In this document: piece by piece, positions 27,343-32,010 of the stretch
Layout: each line of letters opens with the position of its first letter
Numbering within the stretch: the stretch's first letter is position 1
IMG/VR virus record: IMGVR_UViG_3300027744_000070
Coordinates: 1-32,010 of that record
From: a virus
Taxonomy: Duplodnaviria; Caudoviricetes
DNA length: 32,010 nt
Strand: one strand, 5' to 3'
Program-made: the position numbers and the translations under genes
Notes under the pieces: generated by a model
Seen by the model: the letters and a program-made list of their open reading frames with translations, nothing else
Told to the model about the DNA's origin: nothing
Database searches by the model: none

Positions 27343-27512
27343 TTGAACATCCTTGTATCTAAAATTATTGACGCACCTAATACTAACCATACTATGCCAG
27401 GCCAAAAACTTCCACTAGCAATTTGTACAATGCCTGAACCTACGTTAGCACCGCCGACTACATAGCCAATCGTTTTACGGTGACGGCCAAACCATTCAAA
27501 AAACTTATCCAT
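27339..27512 (-). CDS. Small membrane protein, 57 aa (not in ORF track)
   Basis: Translated by eye: MDKFFEWFGRHRKTIGYVVGGANVGSGIVQIASGSFWPGIVWLVLGASIILDTRMFK. AAGGAA RBS, two hydrophobic segments, coupled at both ends. Confidence 0.75.
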   Translation of the reverse strand: MDKFFEWFGRHRKTIGYVVGGANVGSGIVQIASGSFWPGIVWLVLGASIILDTRMFK

Positions 27513-27625
27513 TATATTTCCTTTATATAATATTTAGAAGCAGGATATTTTGCCTGCAACCACTCTAACAAGCCCTCTTCAATGGGCAAGCGAACACTAT
27601 CAAACTTGTTAGTAATGTATCTCAT
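27512..27625 (-). CDS. Small hypothetical protein, 37 aa (not in ORF track)
   Basis: MRYITNKFDSVRLPIEEGLLEWLQAKYPASKYYIKEI. ATGA overlap with the folE stop and TAATG overlap with the next ORF, so it fills the gap exactly. Confidence 0.65.
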   Translation of the reverse strand: MRYITNKFDSVRLPIEEGLLEWLQAKYPASKYYIKEI

Positions 27626-28446
27626 CGCGGCGCAAACTCTTGTTGCATTTTAATATTGTCAAAGAATTCTTTCTTAGTTCCTTGATCTTCTTTAAATGCA
27701 CCTTTTAATACTGTAGTCTGTGTAAGACTAGAATGTGCCATAATGCCACGATTCTCACAGCAACCGTGAATCGCCTGTACATAGACTGCTACGTTTTGGG
27801 AATCAGTAGCTTTGCTAATTTCGCGGGCAATGTCGTTACAAAGTTCCTCCTGGAGAGTACCTCGACGGGCACACCATTGAGCGATCCTCGTATATTTGCT
27901 AAGTCCGATGAGTTTCTGAGCCGCAATAATACCAATATAAGCAACGCCACTAACGGGTTGATGATGATGGCTACACATACTGCGGAGCTCACTACGAACA
28001 ACCAACATACCTTCATAACGGTCCTGCGAGTCGTTTGGAAATGCTGTTGCGTCTGGTGCTTGTTCATATCTACCCTCCATTATTTCATTAAAATACATTT
28101 TAGCAAGACGTCTTGCTGTGCCTTTGCTATTAGGATCATTCTCACGATCAATAAGCAAACGGTCAAGCACTAGTTCAAATGCTTCTGTAGCTTCGTCGAT
28201 TAGTTGCTCTTTGTTATAATCGTTAACATATTCACTAATGTTGTCGCCGGCCCAGAATCTTTTGCCGTCACGCTTCATCTTAGAACGAAGGTAATCTCCT
28301 AAGTAGGCTTCTTCGTATCCGCCATCACCTGCCATTGCGGCCAAGCCTGTTTCTTTTTTAACTTCTGTCTTTAAAGGTACAAACTTATCTGGTTTAAATT
28401 CTGGTGCGGGTCTAAGTGCAGGATCTGCTATAAATTTTTGTGTCAA
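27622..28446 (-). CDS. folE: GTP cyclohydrolase I
   Basis: TARRLAKMY, SMCSHHHQP, GLSKYTR, LQEE, HGCCENRG and KEFF. TTG start with GGAG RBS. Confidence 0.92.
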   Translation of the reverse strand: MTQKFIADPALRPAPEFKPDKFVPLKTEVKKETGLAAMAGDGGYEEAYLGDYLRSKMKRDGKRFWAGDNISEYVNDYNKEQLIDEATEAFELVLDRLLIDRENDPNSKGTARRLAKMYFNEIMEGRYEQAPDATAFPNDSQDRYEGMLVVRSELRSMCSHHHQPVSGVAYIGIIAAQKLIGLSKYTRIAQWCARRGTLQEELCNDIAREISKATDSQNVAVYVQAIHGCCENRGIMAHSSLTQTTVLKGAFKEDQGTKKEFFDNIKMQQEFAPR

Positions 28447-28486
28447 TTATTATTCTCCGAGTTATTGTCGTGGATGACTATTGTAC

Positions 28487-28515
28487 ATTGTACTACTTTA
28501 TTTAGGTTTTTGCAA
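28487..28515 (-). promoter_or_regulatory. Candidate sigma70 promoter for folE with an embedded TAAATA
   Basis: Minus strand TTGCAA (28515-28510), 17-nt spacer, TACAAT (28492-28487). TAAATA lies at 28504-28499 inside the spacer. Confidence 0.55.
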
Positions 28516-29289
28516 CCTAAATAGGACATTTTTCTTAATTGCTGTCTTCAATACGCTCAATTGTACGCCTAGTTTATTTGCATACTTTACCCAAGCAGTT
28601 GTATCTTTTGGAAAACACATGCCGCCAAATCCGTAATATCCATCTGGACCCGGTACCTGCATGTGACTCAACCCAATACGGTTGTCTTCTGCTAGATACA
28701 TTCTAATAGCGTCCCAGCGATATCCGTGTGCTACTGCCAGCTCACTCATTTCATTCATAAACACTACTTTGGTAGCTAGATATGAATTGATTGTATATTT
28801 GACAAAAGCAGCTTCACCTATTGAACAATGCTCTACCATTGTTATAGGTTGTACTAGTTTGATAATACGTTCTGCTTCATTTCTATAGGCAGCAATTTTT
28901 CCACCTATGATAGCATTTTGTTCTTTGAGATAATCTTGATTGGCTTTAGCGGCTGTTAAAAACTCTGGTATGTGTACAAGATTAGGATAGACAGTCTGCA
29001 TCTTTTCGTAGAACTGTGGCGTAGCAGTGGTCTTGCTGATAATTACATTTTTATAATCACTTAACATGTACAGCACAGAATTTAAAATGCTAGTGTCGCA
29101 TTCGCCGGTATCCTTTGAGGGACTAGGTACACATACAAATACTGCATCACAATCTTGTAAATCTGCATAAGTACCTGTAGATTTTTTTGGATCAATGTCT
29201 ACAACAATTACGTCAGTAAACAACGTTTCGTAGGCATTGAGTACAGCTTCTCCAACAAACCCTAATCCAACAATGCCTATTTTTGTCAT
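28498..29289 (-). CDS. ugd: UDP-glucose/GDP-mannose dehydrogenase family protein (lacks the C-terminal domain)
   Basis: Rossmann GIVGLGFVG, FVCVPSP, KTT, PEFL, KYTINSYLATKVVFMNE and catalytic GFGGMCFPKD. Only 263 aa. Confidence 0.85.
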   Translation of the reverse strand: MTKIGIVGLGFVGEAVLNAYETLFTDVIVVDIDPKKSTGTYADLQDCDAVFVCVPSPSKDTGECDTSILNSVLYMLSDYKNVIISKTTATPQFYEKMQTVYPNLVHIPEFLTAAKANQDYLKEQNAIIGGKIAAYRNEAERIIKLVQPITMVEHCSIGEAAFVKYTINSYLATKVVFMNEMSELAVAHGYRWDAIRMYLAEDNRIGLSHMQVPGPDGYYGFGGMCFPKDTTAWVKYANKLGVQLSVLKTAIKKNVLFRLQKPK

Positions 29290-29492
29290 AATCGTTCACT
29301 TAGCAGTATACGACACAAGTCGGCATCTTTTTTTGATTTAAATGTGAACGTCATAAAATCTTCAAAAGGTTTATAGACAAACCTGGTTCCAGGTAATCCA
29401 AACACTTCTAGTACCATAGCACAAGTTTCGTTCCACCATAGGTTATCTTGATTGTGCCAAGCTACTACAATTTCATGATCGTCAGTATTCAT
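29286..29492 (-). CDS. Small hypothetical protein
   Basis: 68 aa, abuts the upstream ORF and overlaps ugd by ATGA. Confidence 0.68.
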   Translation of the reverse strand: MNTDDHEIVVAWHNQDNLWWNETCAMVLEVFGLPGTRFVYKPFEDFMTFTFKSKKDADLCRILLSERL

Positions 29493-29660
29493 TTAGATAT
29501 CTTTACCACTGAGATCTTGTTGACCAGTTTGATATTTTTCTAAACGTTCTTGAAATTGTTCTTCAGTAAGGCCGTGCCATCCAACACACTTACCAGTTGG
29601 ACTGCGACCGCAACCGCACTTACCAATTTCTTCTGTATTTTCTTTAACTCTTACTTGCAT
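29493..29660 (-). CDS. CDGSH/NEET-like Cys3His miniprotein (55 aa)
   Basis: Likely start is MQVRVKE at 29660 after an AAGGAA RBS. Motif CGCGRSPTGKCVGWH. Confidence 0.6.
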   Translation of the reverse strand: MQVRVKENTEEIGKCGCGRSPTGKCVGWHGLTEEQFQERLEKYQTGQQDLSGKDI

Positions 29661-30027
29661 TTTTATAGTTTCCTTTTTCTGGTATAACGTGACGAACACC
29701 CCCACGTGGATCTTCCATATCACCCTTGCGACGTGGAATCATATGTACATGCGGATACATTACTGTTTGTCCTGCAGTTTCCCCGATGTTTTGCCCGATG
29801 TTAAAGCCATCCCATTTTTCTGATTCAACTCCTTCAAACCCAAATTTGTAGGCTGCTTTGTAACACTCCCAGAGATTGTTACTTTGTTCCTGGGTAGGCA
29901 CAAATAACAGATGCCCTTCGGTAACTGGATAAGCATCTCTGAAGATCCAGAAATCTTTTGTTCGGTATTCAATGTTTGTCCACGGTGCTCGTTTTTCATC
30001 TAATGCCTTTTCTAATGCAGTTGTCAT
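29644..30027 (-). CDS. HIT-family nucleotide hydrolase
   Basis: DAYPVTEGHLLFVP, GFNIGQNIG..AGQTV and YPHVHMIPRR.GD (histidine triad with the first His replaced by Tyr). Confidence 0.88.
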   Translation of the reverse strand: MTTALEKALDEKRAPWTNIEYRTKDFWIFRDAYPVTEGHLLFVPTQEQSNNLWECYKAAYKFGFEGVESEKWDGFNIGQNIGETAGQTVMYPHVHMIPRRKGDMEDPRGGVRHVIPEKGNYKNASKS

Positions 30028-30434
30028 TCTTCACCTTTAATGCGATTCCAGGTTCTATATTTTTCTAATTCGTTTATGTATTGATCATATAGTTTCTTTA
30101 GCTTTGGATGCTTCTTTTCTAGTTTAACATCTCTTTCAGGAATACGCAAGACTTTTTCCATAGTCTTTAAACGTTCTTCAAGATCTAGTCCGTTAAGTAT
30201 CATTTTGCCCTTGACTTCTAATGCAGCCGTTTCTTCTACAACAACTTTATCCTCACCGTAAGGTATTGTCATTATAGGATTATTATTGCTACTATTGAAA
30301 TGCGTATTTGGAATATTAGTTTGAGACCAACTAGTTCCGTTTGCGCCGGTACTTGTTAAAAACTGTCCAGCAGTACCATTAGTAGTATAAACTAAATTAC
30401 CCGCTGATTTTACGTTGTTGGAGGTAGTGCTCAT
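30024..30434 (-). CDS. Hypothetical protein (S/T/N-rich N-terminus, helical C-terminus)
   Basis: 136 aa with ATGA overlap to the HIT gene. Confidence 0.65.
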   Translation of the reverse strand: MSTTSNNVKSAGNLVYTTNGTAGQFLTSTGANGTSWSQTNIPNTHFNSSNNNPIMTIPYGEDKVVVEETAALEVKGKMILNGLDLEERLKTMEKVLRIPERDVKLEKKHPKLKKLYDQYINELEKYRTWNRIKGEE

Positions 30435-30876
30435 TGTGTATCCATTTGTTCTTTACCAGAAACCCCCATTCACGCTTTTGCGGCCCAGGCATAAACATGG
30501 TCCAGCAATCTACGCTAGGATCAAGCTCAATACGATGATAGCTGTTAGCGCCACATACACGAAAACTGCCGGGTCCTTGCCATGTAACCGTTTCAGCGAT
30601 CTGTTTACCTGATGAGTCAAAGACAGGAGTCCATTCATAGTAACCACCTTTAAGGATTAGAGTTGCATAGGGCCAAGGATGATCGTGTACATCATCCGGA
30701 TCTGATTTAAGAAACTTGTGTAAGAATACATTAAACGGAAACCACGTTCTATCTTTAAGAAATACATAGTATCGTTCAAGATATGGCTCGTTATCTACAC
30801 GATCCATGATAATTCTTTTACGATCAGCACGTTCTAAAAAACTAAAGAATTTATTTTTTAGGAGTTGGATTATCAT
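30397..30876 (-). CDS. Cupin-fold protein
   Basis: LHKFLKSDPDDVHDHPW....LILKGGYYE and HRIEL...WTMF..GP..REWGF give a cupin H-x-H...E...H metal site. Start is 30876 or 30882. Confidence 0.72.
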   Translation of the reverse strand: MIIQLLKNKFFSFLERADRKRIIMDRVDNEPYLERYYVFLKDRTWFPFNVFLHKFLKSDPDDVHDHPWPYATLILKGGYYEWTPVFDSSGKQIAETVTWQGPGSFRVCGANSYHRIELDPSVDCWTMFMPGPQKREWGFLVKNKWIHNEHYLQQRKISG

Positions 30877-31237
30877 AATCATCCTTTACTAATTGATAAA
30901 CAGTTTGAAAATTTCTAAATGCTATTTCTAGTCCCGGATACTCTTTACACATATCTTCAACTCTACGCCATTCTGGAAAACAGTCAATCCATTCTTTTGG
31001 CATATTATAAGTGAACAGCGAGCTAGAATCAATCGATATAGTGTTTACACTATTATTAGCAAACGTAGTATTGAAATTATACTGCGGGCTTATTGTAATA
31101 GTTGACATTGTAGTAGAATCAGAACTATAAGAATAGTCACTACTACCTATTACGGTAGTAGTAGGTTCTGACAAATCTATTGTTATATCTTTAAGTAAAT
31201 CGTCTAACGAGGTCTGTTGCTGAGAAGAATTGCTCAT
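30851..31237 (-). CDS. Hypothetical protein (S/T-rich N-terminus)
   Basis: 128 aa with GGAG RBS. C-terminal MCKEYPGLEIAFRNFQTVYQLVK. Confidence 0.65.
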   Translation of the reverse strand: MSNSSQQQTSLDDLLKDITIDLSEPTTTVIGSSDYSYSSDSTTMSTITISPQYNFNTTFANNSVNTISIDSSSLFTYNMPKEWIDCFPEWRRVEDMCKEYPGLEIAFRNFQTVYQLVKDDYDNPTPKK

Positions 31238-32009
31238 GTAGAGTCTCCGTTTGTTTTTTTAACATAGGCAATCTAGTTTTATAATTGTCCATATGTGATA
31301 TAATAGCACGGCATAGATCTGGCCTATAGGCAGTGTAAGTGTCATAATCTTCAGTCCACTTACTAGGATATTTGAATGCATCAAAATACATTTCACTATA
31401 ACTTAGTCTATCTGGAACCATAGGAATAGCGTCTACAATGGCACCTTCGTAACAACTAATACCTAGTGTTTCTTGTAGGTTAGCACTAAACACTAGTTTA
31501 GCTTCTCCTAGCAAGTTATGATATTCGTTTTTAGTTAGTTGTTGATCTTGACATACTACAAACTCGTATTGTGGTAACCAGTGTTTTAAATCTCTAAAGA
31601 TTTCAACTTGTTTCTCGGGAGCAATACGATGCGGGAACAATATAAGATCTCGCTTAGGCATATTTTTATATGCAGTCAACGTAGTATCCATATACTCCAT
31701 AGGCCAGCCAGTGCGGACAATCTTACTACTAAGTTGATACTCATCGTAGTCTTCTTCGTAATACGGATTTTCGCTTTTATACCCGTCTTCTAACAAGTTG
31801 TCTACAAACATTCTAATGTGAAAGTCTGTGGCAAAGTAGTTGTGATCAAATGCATGAAAAAAACTTTTCTCAGCATGCCTAACCCAAGGTTTCTTACCTA
31901 CAAGACGTCCTAGAAAGTCTTGAGGATCATAGCTGCCAGCATGCCAAAGTCCGTGTGTAGTTACCGGAATGCCCAGTAATTCACTCATGTACTTTAGATT
32001 AATGACAGT
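31191..32009 (-). CDS. GT-B (GT4-like) glycosyltransferase, 5' part outside the window
   Basis: The frame stays open to the window end (TVINLKYMSELLG). Motifs WHAGSYD, FPHRIAPEKQ, the GT4-like E-x7-E (QETLGISCYEG) and PDRLSY.E. Confidence 0.75.
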   Translation of the reverse strand, partial: TVINLKYMSELLGIPVTTHGLWHAGSYDPQDFLGRLVGKKPWVRHAEKSFFHAFDHNYFATDFHIRMFVDNLLEDGYKSENPYYEEDYDEYQLSSKIVRTGWPMEYMDTTLTAYKNMPKRDLILFPHRIAPEKQVEIFRDLKHWLPQYEFVVCQDQQLTKNEYHNLLGEAKLVFSANLQETLGISCYEGAIVDAIPMVPDRLSYSEMYFDAFKYPSKWTEDYDTYTAYRPDLCRAIISHMDNYKTRLPMLKKQTETLHEQFFSATDLVRRFT

Positions 32010-32010
32010 G

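Noticed and set aside
28447-28486. Possible preQ1 riboswitch in the folE leader
   Set aside because: The leader is short and lacks the preQ1-I stem with A-rich tail; no stable structure was seen.
17091-31793. Alternative-frame and + strand ORFs inside the minus arm (e.g. 19551, 21321, 26913, 26959, 27733, 27789, 29760)
   Set aside because: They overlap well-supported genes and translate to implausible shadow sequence.
1-32010. Stop-codon recoding, introns/inteins, tRNAs, CRISPR arrays, DGR repeats
   Set aside because: Standard-code ORFs tile the window almost without gaps, conserved enzymes are uninterrupted, and no repeat array, cloverleaf or reverse transcriptase was seen by eye.

Overview
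The window is a densely coding, AT-rich segment of a large tailed dsDNA phage genome, probably a jumbo myovirus-like phage (inferred from gene content; host unknown). The standard genetic code gives long, tightly coupled ORFs. The + arm (1-16802) holds the 3' part of a >2,060-aa baseplate/virion protein, a small baseplate/fibre-anchor protein, three paralogous tail-fibre proteins, a Ser/Thr-rich virion protein, and then a six-gene cassette with four DxD-type glycosyltransferase-like genes. The converging - arm (16777-32010) carries thyX, a methyltransferase-like gene, a MoxR-type AAA+ ATPase with a HExxH/VWA partner, an RNase H-like 5'-3' exonuclease and a 2OG-Fe(II) oxygenase-like gene. It also carries a nucleotide/sugar-modification neighbourhood: queE, folE, a short UDP-glucose dehydrogenase, a CDGSH-like Fe-S miniprotein, HIT, a cupin and a truncated GT-B glycosyltransferase. 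The best candidates for undescribed biology are a virion/tail-fibre glycosylation module and a deazaguanine-plus-sugar hypermodification locus. Also notable are sigma70-type promoters with hairpins built into them, a T4-like RBS-occluding hairpin beside a TAAATA motif, and two small coupled ORFs missing from the ORF track. All product calls come from motif recognition by eye; no searches were run. No tRNA, rRNA, CRISPR array or mobile element was recognised.
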